Shown: positions 27,015 to 35,557 of the stretch, one piece after another | How positions within the stretch are numbered: position 1 is the stretch's first letter | How the letters are laid out: each line of letters begins with the position of its first letter | Assembly: GCA_966244135.1 (NCBI GenBank) | Contig: CBIMJO010000001.1 | Location: 1-35,982 of the forward strand | Direction of reading: 5' to 3' | Length of the DNA stretch: 35,982 nucleotides | Source: an uncultured Actinocrispum sp. | Lineage (GTDB): Bacteria > Actinomycetota > Actinomycetes > Mycobacteriales > Pseudonocardiaceae | Notes under the pieces: model-generated | The model's database searches: none | What the model was told of the DNA's origin: nothing | The model's input: the letters and a program-made list of their open reading frames with translations, nothing else | Translations under genes and position numbers: made by a program

Positions 27015-27187
27015 CCTGGGCGAACCTTCCTCACCCCGGACGTGCGTCACCACTCTACAGGGTGACGAATGGCATGAATCTGCCAGTGCCACCAGTCTTC
27101 GATCACAAAACTCATCACCGGCTTGACAGGTTATCAATTCGCCTGTGAAGGTATTTCCGATCGAGCCGGAAGGTGAACCCGAAATCC

Positions 27188-28789
27188 ATGAAACTTTCAA
27201 CAAGACTGTTAACGGCGGCCGTACTCCTGGCCCTCCTGATCCCGCTCACCGCGGTGGCCGCCTCATCGCAGACAGGGCCACAACAGCAGGTCGCGTGCGC
27301 TTCGGTGCCGGTCAGCGCGCCGCCGGGCGCGAAGATCGAGTCGGTGCAGGCGACGCCGCAGCCGGGCGGGACAGTCTCGTTCCCGGCCACTCCCCTGTCG
27401 CCGGCCGTCACGATCGCCGACGTTCCCGCATATTGCGAGATCACCGTCGCACTGACCCATTCCGGCGCGAATGACCACGTCAAAGTCGCCTTGACGCTGC
27501 CGGACACGGGCTGGTCGGGCCGGCTTCAGGCGACCGGCGGCAGCGCGTACACCGCGGCCGGGTTCGGCGCGCCGATGGTCCAAGCCGTCAAGGACGGCTA
27601 CGCCGCCGTGTCGACCGACGCGGGCGTACCGCTGACCGGCCTGGACACCAGCTGGGGGCTGACCGCGGACGGCAAGGTCAACCAGCCGCTGCTGACCAAC
27701 TTCGCCACCCGCTCGGTGCACGAGGCGGCCCTGATCGGCAAGGAAGTGACGAGGAAGCACTTTCACCGCGAGGTCTCGTACGCCTACTGGAACGGCTGCT
27801 CGACCGGCGGGCGCCAGGGGTATGCCGAGGCCCAGAACTACCCCGATGACTTCGACGGCATTCTCGCCGTGGCACCAGCCGTCAACTGGACACAGTTCGC
27901 GGTGGCGACGATGTGGCCGCAGACCGTGATGAACCAGGACCACCACTTCGTCAGCAACTGCGTACTGGGCGAGTTCCAGAAGGCCGCGATCAAGGCCTGC
28001 GACGCGAACGACGGCGTCACCAACGGCATCATCGACTACCCGGACGAGTGCGGCTACGACCCGCGCCGGCTCGTCGGCACCAAGATCCTCTGTGAGGGCA
28101 AGGAGATCACCGTGACGGCCGCCGACGCGGACGTCATGCGCAAGATCTGGGCCGGCCCGACCGACGAGCGCGGCCGCGGCCTGTGGGCGGGCCTGCCGAA
28201 GGGCGCCGACTTCGCCTACCTGGCGGGAACTCAGGCCAGCGCGGACGGGAACCTGTCCGCTCCCGGGTTCGTGGTCGCGGTGAAGTGGGTGCAGACGTTC
28301 CTGGAGAAGGACCTGGCCTTCGACACCTCGAAGATCACCTACCAGCAGTTCCGCGACCTGTTCCGGCAGTCGGTGCGGGAGTACGACGACGTCATCGGCA
28401 CCTCCGACCCGAACCTCTGGGACTTCCGGCGGGCCGGTGGCAAGCTGCTGAGCTTCGTCGGCACGGCCGACCAGCTGATCCCGCCGGGCGGCACGCTGCA
28501 GTACCGGCAGGACGTGGAACGGCGGATGGGCGGCGCCAACCGCGTGAACGACTTCTACCGGTTGTTCCTGGCTCCGGGTGCCCAGCACTGCTCCGACGCG
28601 ACCGGGCTGGTTCCGACGAACCCGTTGGGCGCGTTGGTGGACTGGGTCGAGCACGGCAAGGCCCCGGCGACGCTGGCGGCGGCGAGCAAGGACGGCTCGG
28701 CGACCCGGGACCTCTGCCCGTTCCCCCAGCTGTCGCGCTACTCGGGTCACGGTGACCCCAAGGTGCCGTCGAGCTACCGCTGCCGCTGA
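27188..28789 (+). CDS. Secreted tannase/feruloyl esterase family hydrolase
   Basis: Sec signal peptide; GYAAVSTDAG, GCSTGGRQG nucleophile motif, ADQLIP, APGAQHC (CS-D-HC type), LVDWVEHG. Confidence 0.93.
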   Translation: MKLSTRLLTAAVLLALLIPLTAVAASSQTGPQQQVACASVPVSAPPGAKIESVQATPQPGGTVSFPATPLSPAVTIADVPAYCEITVALTHSGANDHVKVALTLPDTGWSGRLQATGGSAYTAAGFGAPMVQAVKDGYAAVSTDAGVPLTGLDTSWGLTADGKVNQPLLTNFATRSVHEAALIGKEVTRKHFHREVSYAYWNGCSTGGRQGYAEAQNYPDDFDGILAVAPAVNWTQFAVATMWPQTVMNQDHHFVSNCVLGEFQKAAIKACDANDGVTNGIIDYPDECGYDPRRLVGTKILCEGKEITVTAADADVMRKIWAGPTDERGRGLWAGLPKGADFAYLAGTQASADGNLSAPGFVVAVKWVQTFLEKDLAFDTSKITYQQFRDLFRQSVREYDDVIGTSDPNLWDFRRAGGKLLSFVGTADQLIPPGGTLQYRQDVERRMGGANRVNDFYRLFLAPGAQHCSDATGLVPTNPLGALVDWVEHGKAPATLAAASKDGSATRDLCPFPQLSRYSGHGDPKVPSSYRCR

Positions 28790-28796
28790 CTGACGC

Positions 28797-28826
28797 GTGG
28801 AGGTGCCGCTGCCACGGCACCTCCAC
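28797..28826. terminator. Intrinsic terminator hairpin between convergent genes
   Basis: 12-bp perfect stem GTGGAGGTGCCG / CGGCACCTCCAC with a 6-nt loop, followed by CGTTT. Confidence 0.8.
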
Positions 28827-28847
28827 CGTTTGCCTGTTCCTGACCGG

Positions 28848-29645
28848 TCATGCCGTCAGCTCACGGACGGCCCCGGCGACGGCGGCGAAGTCCTTGCGCA
28901 GGATCGCACCGTGGTTGCTCGCGACCTTCGCGCTCACCTCGATGTTCGGGTTGCGGGCGACCACCGCGTCAAGGCTGGTTCGGATGCGTTCCTGCTCGTC
29001 GCCGCGGCTGCCGAAGGACGTCCCGGACGCGAGGACGTACCGCACCGGGACGGCGATGTCGTCCAGTACCGGGCCCAGTTCGCGCTCGCGGGACAGCCTG
29101 CCGAGCTCGATGTTGCTCTCGGCCTGCTGTCCGGCGCTCATCCGCGGGGTCAGGCCGGTCGGCCGCAGCAGCGGCATGAACCAGTTCAGCCGCCGGAACA
29201 GCTTCCGGATCCGCTGCTCCATCGCGTCATCCAGCCAGTCGTGCGGGAACGCGCCGTCGACCAGCACCGCACCCAGCGCACGGTCCGGGTTCCGGCGAGC
29301 CCAGTGCGCCGCCACGACCGCGCCATACGACCAGCCCACCACCAGCGCGCGGTCCACACCCCTGGCCGCGAGGACAGCGTCGACATCCCGCACGGCGACC
29401 TCGAAGGAGTAGTCCGCCGAACGCTTCGACTTGCCGCGGGCCCGCTCGTCGAAAGTGATGTGCCGCCAGTCCGTCCCCAGCTCGGCCAGCACCCGCCGCC
29501 AGTACCCCTGCGTGGCGAACTGGCCATTGAGATACACCACCGGGACACCGGGACCACCCGTATCGGTGACCGCCAGCTCCGTGTCGTCGACCGCCACCAT
29601 GCCGGTCCACATCGAATCGGTTGCGAGAGTTCCGTTCTTCGTCAT
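28848..29645 (-). CDS. Alpha/beta fold hydrolase
   Basis: VVYLNG, TFDERARGKS, GWSYG nucleophile elbow, VLVDG, C-terminal SNH. Start ATG 29645 after a GGTGG RBS. Confidence 0.88.
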   Translation of the reverse strand: MTKNGTLATDSMWTGMVAVDDTELAVTDTGGPGVPVVYLNGQFATQGYWRRVLAELGTDWRHITFDERARGKSKRSADYSFEVAVRDVDAVLAARGVDRALVVGWSYGAVVAAHWARRNPDRALGAVLVDGAFPHDWLDDAMEQRIRKLFRRLNWFMPLLRPTGLTPRMSAGQQAESNIELGRLSRERELGPVLDDIAVPVRYVLASGTSFGSRGDEQERIRTSLDAVVARNPNIEVSAKVASNHGAILRKDFAAVAGAVRELTA

Positions 29646-29701
29646 GCGGCCACCTTGAGCGCGCGCCCTGACGCGCCCCTGACGCCGCCCTGTCACGGTG
29701 A

Positions 29702-30280
29702 CTACCGGAGTACCGCCAGCGCGGCGGTGACCGCGAGCGCGGTCTGCCCGTCGAGGGTGTCGAAGGTTTCGAAGCTGCCGAGGGCGCAGAGCAGGTCGAG
29801 GGTCTGGTCGCGGTCGCGGCCGGAGGTGTCCAGATCGGGGAAGCGGTCGAGCAGGGCGGTGAAGCCCTGGCGCTGGCGGGCGTTGCGGGCCTTGATGACG
29901 GCCTCGAGGTCCTTGTCGAGGGTGGCCAGGCCGCGCAGGCGCCTGGTCGCCGTGCGGTCGGTGGCCCAGAACTTGTAGAAGGCCGTGAGGAACAGGGTGA
30001 TGGCCTCGGTGCCGTCCGGGGCGGTGAACGCCGCGGCGATGCGGTCGATCCGGCCGCGTTCGGCGAGGTGGTCGCACAACGCCTCGAGCAGGCCGGATTT
30101 CGAGCCGAACGCGTTGTAGACGGTCTGCCGCGAGACGTCGGCCTGCGCGGCGACGGAGTCGATGGTCAGCTGGGGAACGCCGCGGCCGGCCAGCACCCGG
30201 CGCGCGGTCTCCAGGATCCGCCGACGCGTCTCGTCGGCGGCGGCCTGCCGCTTCTCCGACTGGTAACCCCGTGGGCTCAT
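29702..30280 (-). CDS. TetR/AcrR family transcriptional regulator
   Basis: RQAAADETRRRILETA...TIDSVAAQADVSRQTVYNAFGSKSGLL; GGAGG RBS. Confidence 0.93.
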   Translation of the reverse strand: MSPRGYQSEKRQAAADETRRRILETARRVLAGRGVPQLTIDSVAAQADVSRQTVYNAFGSKSGLLEALCDHLAERGRIDRIAAAFTAPDGTEAITLFLTAFYKFWATDRTATRRLRGLATLDKDLEAVIKARNARQRQGFTALLDRFPDLDTSGRDRDQTLDLLCALGSFETFDTLDGQTALAVTAALAVLR

Positions 30281-30301
30281 CGGGTTGCCTCCGCCGCTCA
30301 A

Positions 30302-30322
30302 TTGGATGTACGGTCTGTCCAA
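30302..30322. promoter_or_regulatory. Putative TetR operator between divergent tetR and SDR genes
   Basis: TTGGA-N11-TCCAA inverted repeat in a 69-bp divergent intergenic region. Confidence 0.5.
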
Positions 30323-30349
30323 CAAATAGTAGCACGGGAGGAGCGGGAG

Positions 30350-31093
30350 ATGGACCTGACCGGACGGATCGCGGTCGTGACCGGCGGCTCGAGGGGGATC
30401 GGCGCGGCCACGGCCACGAAGCTGGCGGAGCTCGGCGCCCGGGTGGCGATCGTGGGCCGCGACCAGGAGGCCATCGCGGCCATGGTGTCCACAGTGGAGG
30501 GCTCGATCGGCGTGCAGGCGGATGTCACCAACGCCGACGACATCGCCGAGATACGCCGCCAGACCGAGGACAAGCTAGGGACCGTGGACATCCTGGTGGC
30601 GTTCGCCGGCGGCAACCCTGCCAGGCCCAAGCCGTTGGTCGACGTCACCCTGGCCGAGTGGCTGGCCGCGATCGATGGCAACCTGACGGCGACTTTCCTG
30701 ACGGTGAAGGAGTTCCTGCCGGGCATGATGCAGCGCGGGAGCGGGTCGATCGTGACGATGTCGTCAACGGCCTCCCGTCAGCCGACCGTCCACTCCCCCG
30801 GCCCGTACGCGGTGGCCAAGGCCGGCGTGGAGATGATGACCCGCAAACTGGCGCAGGAAGCCGGTCCGAGCGGCGTGCGGGTGAACTGCGTTGCCCCGGC
30901 GGCGATCCTGACCGAGCGGAACAAGCGGGACATCCCCGCGGAGATGCAGCGGACCATGGCGCAGTCGTACCCGCTGGGCCGGGTCGGCGCGCCGGCCGAT
31001 GTCGCGTCGGCGACCGCGTTCCTGGCCTCCGACGAGGCCGCGTGGCTGACCGGGCTGACCGTCGACGTCGCCGGCGGGCTCGTTCTGCGCTGA
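30350..31093 (+). CDS. SDR family NAD(P)-dependent oxidoreductase
   Basis: VTGGSRGIG, YAVAK catalytic motif, VRVNCVAP, PLGRVG; GGAGGAG RBS. Confidence 0.95.
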   Translation: MDLTGRIAVVTGGSRGIGAATATKLAELGARVAIVGRDQEAIAAMVSTVEGSIGVQADVTNADDIAEIRRQTEDKLGTVDILVAFAGGNPARPKPLVDVTLAEWLAAIDGNLTATFLTVKEFLPGMMQRGSGSIVTMSSTASRQPTVHSPGPYAVAKAGVEMMTRKLAQEAGPSGVRVNCVAPAAILTERNKRDIPAEMQRTMAQSYPLGRVGAPADVASATAFLASDEAAWLTGLTVDVAGGLVLR

Positions 31094-31112
31094 CCGCGCT
31101 AACGTGGGGATC

Positions 31113-31943
31113 ATGGCAGAACGGCGCGAACGCAAGGCGAACATGGGCGTGGTGTCCCAGGTCGAGCAGCTCACCCCGCACATGGTGCGGGTGGCGCTGG
31201 GCGGGGACAGCCTGGCGGGGCTGCCCGCCGGCCAGTTCACCGACCACTACATCAAGATCCTCTTCCCACAGCCCGGCGTGACCTACCCGGAGCCGTTCGA
31301 CGTCGGCACCATCCGGGCGAGCATGCCGCCGGAGACCTGGCCGGTCATCCGCACGTACACCATCCGCCGCTGGTCACCGGCGGTCCCGGAGCTCTGGGTG
31401 GACTTCGTCATCCACGGCGACGTCGGCGTCGCGGGCCCGTGGGCGTTGCAGGCCGAACCGGGCGACCGGGTCTTCTTCATGGGACCGGGCGGCGGGTACG
31501 CGCCGAGCGCGGAGGCGGACTGGCATCTTCTCGCCGGCGATGAGAGCGCACTGCCGGCCATCGGGGCGGCCTTGGAAGGCATGCCCGCCGGGGCGCGGGT
31601 GACGGCGTTCATCGAGGTCATCGACCCCGCCGAGGTGCAGAAGCTGGAGACCCCGGCGGACGCGGACATCATCTGGCTGTACCGCGGCGACCAGCGCCCC
31701 GGCTCGGCTCTCGTACCCGCGGTGCGCTCCTTCGAGTTCCCCGACGGCCAATTGCAGGCGTTCGTGCACGGCGAGGCCACCTTCGTCAAGGATCTGCGCC
31801 GCTACCTGCGGGTCGAGCGCGAGATCCCGCTGTCCCAGCTGTCGATCTCCGGCTACTGGCGCAACGGCATGAACGAGGACGGCTGGCAGTCCAGCAAACG
31901 CGAATGGAACGCGCAGATCGAAGCCGAGCAGGACCAGGCATAA
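31113..31943 (+). CDS. Siderophore-interacting protein (FAD-binding ferric reductase, ViuB-like)
   Basis: LTPHMVRV, DHYIKILF, RTYTIR, DFVIHG, AGDESALPAI, SISGYWR. Confidence 0.95.
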   Translation: MAERRERKANMGVVSQVEQLTPHMVRVALGGDSLAGLPAGQFTDHYIKILFPQPGVTYPEPFDVGTIRASMPPETWPVIRTYTIRRWSPAVPELWVDFVIHGDVGVAGPWALQAEPGDRVFFMGPGGGYAPSAEADWHLLAGDESALPAIGAALEGMPAGARVTAFIEVIDPAEVQKLETPADADIIWLYRGDQRPGSALVPAVRSFEFPDGQLQAFVHGEATFVKDLRRYLRVEREIPLSQLSISGYWRNGMNEDGWQSSKREWNAQIEAEQDQA

Positions 31944-31946
31944 CAG

Positions 31947-32717
31947 TCATTCGGTGGTGTCGTCGACATCCCCGGCCTCCACGGACATGACTCCGGGTTG
32001 CTCGGCCAACGCGGCCAGCAGGTCGTTCACCTGCCGCGGGCCGCGCAACCGGAGTCGCAGGTCGATCAGCCCACGACCACCGACCCGGCCACGGCCACGG
32101 GCGTAGTCGTCGTCCGGTTCGATCCGGTTGGTCGCGGCGTGCTCGACGACGTAGTCCGACCGGGTGGCCAGCTCCAGGATGGTGCGCAGCGCGCCCTCCC
32201 CGTCCCGGTAGGCCACCCGCACCATGCTGGTGGCCGGGCGCGTGCGGGTCGCGAGCCGGATCAACGGCGGATACCCGTACACCACAAGGAAATGCGCCCC
32301 CGTCACGACCAGCGCGAGCACCGGCAGCCCGGCCGCGCACGCACACCCGGCCGCGCACGCACACCCGACCGCCACGCTCATCCACACGACCGCCGCCGTG
32401 GTCAGCCCGCGGACCACGTCCCGCCGCACGAAGATCAGCCCGCCGCCGATGAACCCGATCCCGGACACGATCTGCGCCGCGACCCGCGACGGGTCCAGCA
32501 CGATCCGGCCCTCGGCCAGCACATCGGTGAACCCGTACTTGCTGATCAGCAGGAACAACGCCGCCCCGACGCCGACCAGCGTGTGCGTGCGCAGCCCCGC
32601 GCTCTTCTGCTTGAGCTCCCGGTCCAGTCCGATGAGCGAGCACAACACCAACGCAAGCAACAGTTCCGTCACCTGCGTCCAGCCCTGCCCAGACGGTTCG
32701 CCCCACGTCATCGGCAT
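31947..32717 (-). CDS. MgtC/SapB family membrane protein
   Basis: IGLDRE..QKSAGLRTHTLVG, DPSRVAAQIVSGIGFIGGG, VRGLTTAA. Start at ATG 32717 or 32711. Confidence 0.92.
   Translation of the reverse strand: MPMTWGEPSGQGWTQVTELLLALVLCSLIGLDRELKQKSAGLRTHTLVGVGAALFLLISKYGFTDVLAEGRIVLDPSRVAAQIVSGIGFIGGGLIFVRRDVVRGLTTAAVVWMSVAVGCACAAGCACAAGLPVLALVVTGAHFLVVYGYPPLIRLATRTRPATSMVRVAYRDGEGALRTILELATRSDYVVEHAATNRIEPDDDYARGRGRVGGRGLIDLRLRLRGPRQVNDLLAALAEQPGVMSVEAGDVDDTTE
32328..32367. repeat. 18-bp tandem duplication inside the MgtC gene
   Basis: CCCGGCCGCGCACGCACA twice plus CCCG, giving GCACAAGCACAAG in the protein. Confidence 0.9.
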
Positions 32718-32793
32718 TCGATGGTAGCCGCGCGGCGTCTGGGCCGCTGATCGAGTTATTTCGCGCGCTGCGCGGCCGCGATCATCTCGTCGG

Positions 32794-33247
32794 TCAGCAC
32801 GGTGCCTTGCACGCACAGTCGATCAAATGCGCGCGGTACCCGGGGTCCGCCAGCGACGGGGCCAGCCCGATCGGCTCGTCGAGGTCGGCGGACTGGCCGT
32901 GCAGGCACGTCCGGTAGGCCGCTCGTGCCGGTCCGCTTGATCGCACAACGCGAGACACTCGTGGGTCAGGCCACTGGCGCGCAACAGCATCGCCATCCGC
33001 GCCGTCGACTCCGGCCACGGATCACGTTCGGACACAAGGGAGATCGCGTCGAACCACGGCCGCAACAGAGCGCGCATCTCGTCGGTGGTCAGGTTCCGGC
33101 GGCCGTCGATGATGCGCAACACGCCTTCTGTCAGCGCCTCGGCGCTCACCATCCCGAGGAACGCTGAACCACGGGGCGTCAGCCCAGGCGATCTGCGGCT
33201 CGTACCCCACGACACCGCCGAGCGCCATGCTTCGTCACCGACCAAGC
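32794..33247 (-). pseudogene. Frameshifted remnant of a helical (possibly TPR-like) hypothetical protein gene
   Basis: Protein-like segments run across more than one frame: ...GGVVGYEPQIAWADAPWFS / AFLGMVSAEAL...PWFDAISLV...RMAMLLRASGLTHECLALCDQAD / AAYRTCLHGQSADLDEPIGLAP...; no single intact ORF covers them. Confidence 0.5.
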
Positions 33248-35305
33248 CTACTGGTTGACCTCGCCGGTCATCATGCCGTGGGCGAAGGTTGTGGCTTCGT
33301 CGATGAGTTCGGCGTGGCGGGCGGTTCGGCCAGGGCGGAAGTCGTTGTCGCGCGGCCTGGTCTCCGAGCCGTCGATTTCTTCCATGTCGAGGTGGCTGAG
33401 AAAGGCGCGGAGTTCGGGGCGGGTGGTGGGTGCGGAGACGAGATCCCGCCGGATGTGGGGCGGGAAACCGCTGGAGTAGCGGGCGCCGTGGTACTCGTCG
33501 ACGACGCCGAGGAACATCGAGTCGAGGTGGGGAAACGATTCCCGGGCAATGACTTCTGGGGGCAACGGGGTGTCGTAGGGCCACGCAATGGGGTTCCAGC
33601 AGTCCTGTTCCAGGTCGAGTTCGAGCAGTTGTTGTGCCGCTTGGGATACGGCCAGGTCGATCAGCCCGTCGTCGCCGATGATGTGGTCGTGCAGGTTCAG
33701 TTCCCACAGCTGCGGCAGAACCTTCCAGGCCGCGAGTGCTCGTGCGCCGCGTGACCCAATGCTGTTGTAGGCCAACGAGATGCTGCGGAGATCCGGAGCG
33801 GTGGCCGTTGTGAGGGCTTCGATGTCGTCATCGTCGAGACCGCACTCAGCGAGGTTCAGGGCCTGCAGTGTTCGCCAGTCGTCCAGGGACTGGGGCCAGC
33901 TGTTGACGGGATTGCATGACACATCGAGGTTCGTGAGCCGCAGCGTGGAATTCATCAGCGCGGTAAGGCCGTCCGCGCCGAGCCCGGTGGCCGTGAGCTT
34001 CAAGGTGGTCAGTTTCGGAGCGTTCGACGACGCCAAGGCTTCGGCGCCCGCGTCGCCGATCGGTTGAACGGAAGGACGCCCGTAGTAGGGCGAGCCACCC
34101 TTGCGGCCGCTGAGATCGAGGTATTCCAACGCTGGCAGCTGGACCTCGGTCGCCAATTGCTGAGCGCCCTTGGCGCTGAGGCAGTTGCCGCGCAGATCCA
34201 AGTGGCGCAGACGAGGATAGGCGTCGGCGAACGCCGAGACCGTCAGATCGGTGGCGACGACATCCGCCAGCGTCAGGTTCTCGATGAGCGAATGATCGAT
34301 ACCCGCGATGACGTCGGTGAGGGCCGCGTCGCCGAGCGGCAGCAGTTCGATGGAGAGCGAGGTCAGCTGACGCAACACGCCACTGGCGACAATCGCGGCT
34401 GCTCCGCGGACGCCGAGCCCTTCCCGGCCGGGTCCCAGCGCCGTGCCCTGCACTTCGAGGGTGCGCAGGCCGGTCAGATCGGCGTGGGCGAAGAACTCCT
34501 CGCAGGCTTCGTCGTCTTCCTTGATGACGTTGCCGAAGAACGGCCCCCATCCCCGGTGCGATTTGTTCCAGCCGCAACGGAACCCGATCGCCAACCGGTC
34601 CAGTCGCGCAAGCTCCGGACAACCGGCAAGCTCTCGCGCCTCGTCGAGGTTCGCCACCAGGACGTCAGCGGAGCGCAGGTCCGGCACCAGGCCAGACCGC
34701 ATCAGGTGGGCCAGATCAGGCGCCCCCAGCCCCACGTGCCGCAAGCGCCATGGCTGCCCGGCAGGCGGACGGAATCGCGGTTTGTCGAAGTGGAACAGGT
34801 CCTCGTGCGCGGCCGCCAGGGTCAACGAATCGAGCCGGGCGACGGCGGGGGTCTCCCCGAACCGTGCGACCACCTCGTTGTCCAGTGGGCTGAGACCGGT
34901 GATCTCGACCGCCCGGAGGTTGTCCCACCGGTCCATGGTCTCGGCCAGTGCGGCCAGCCGACGGGCTCCGGGCCCGAACCAGCCCAGGTCGAGGTGGGTG
35001 ACGCCGTGCGCTTCCGCGTGGGAGTCCGGCAGCGCGATGCGGGTGGTGCCGGCGTGGCCGGACCGGAATCCGAGGGACCGGACCAGCCGCCACGCGGGCT
35101 TGCTGAAACCGGCGTCCAGCGCGGCAAGCCAGGACCAGGGCGCCTCGCGAACCGGATCAGGCCATGCGGCCAGTCGTTGCCCGGCGTGCGAGACCAGGTC
35201 CTCGGGACTGCCGGCGCGACTGAGCGCGGCGCAGAGAGCGCGGAATGCGAGCTTGCTCGGCGGGCCACCCAGTATGCGCTCGACCTCAGCGCGATAGTCG
35301 ATCAC
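33248..35305 (-). CDS. Leucine-rich repeat protein (RNI/GALA-like LRRs)
   Basis: LRHLDLRGNCLSAKGAQQLA, IGDAGAEALA, LNLAECGLDDDDIEAL, ISLAYNSIGSRGARALA, LNLHDHIIGDDGLIDLA. Start uncertain (GTG 35305 or 35347). Confidence 0.85.
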   Translation of the reverse strand: MIDYRAEVERILGGPPSKLAFRALCAALSRAGSPEDLVSHAGQRLAAWPDPVREAPWSWLAALDAGFSKPAWRLVRSLGFRSGHAGTTRIALPDSHAEAHGVTHLDLGWFGPGARRLAALAETMDRWDNLRAVEITGLSPLDNEVVARFGETPAVARLDSLTLAAAHEDLFHFDKPRFRPPAGQPWRLRHVGLGAPDLAHLMRSGLVPDLRSADVLVANLDEARELAGCPELARLDRLAIGFRCGWNKSHRGWGPFFGNVIKEDDEACEEFFAHADLTGLRTLEVQGTALGPGREGLGVRGAAAIVASGVLRQLTSLSIELLPLGDAALTDVIAGIDHSLIENLTLADVVATDLTVSAFADAYPRLRHLDLRGNCLSAKGAQQLATEVQLPALEYLDLSGRKGGSPYYGRPSVQPIGDAGAEALASSNAPKLTTLKLTATGLGADGLTALMNSTLRLTNLDVSCNPVNSWPQSLDDWRTLQALNLAECGLDDDDIEALTTATAPDLRSISLAYNSIGSRGARALAAWKVLPQLWELNLHDHIIGDDGLIDLAVSQAAQQLLELDLEQDCWNPIAWPYDTPLPPEVIARESFPHLDSMFLGVVDEYHGARYSSGFPPHIRRDLVSAPTTRPELRAFLSHLDMEEIDGSETRPRDNDFRPGRTARHAELIDEATTFAHGMMTGEVNQ

Positions 35306-35557
35306 AAGGGTCAACGTAGCGGTGCGGCGGCGGGTGGGACCAGCCACGCTCTGCTTGACGCAAACCTGGTGAAGGCCGTCTGAAACCCGGTGTTCCCGCT
35401 CTTACCTCGCGACTCGGCCGGACCGCTACGTCTGGAAAGGACCGCGCGGAGGTGCCGGTTGTGACAAGGGGTGCCCGTTGATCGCTGTCACAAACCCGTG
35501 CGCTGCCTTGTCCTTGCTGGCGACCTGACCAGAGGACTGCCGAGACGAGGTTCAACG

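Noticed and set aside
29646-30335. N-terminal extension of the alpha/beta hydrolase to 495 aa
   Set aside because: The extension overlaps tetR in another frame and is low-complexity; the real start is probably ATG 29645.
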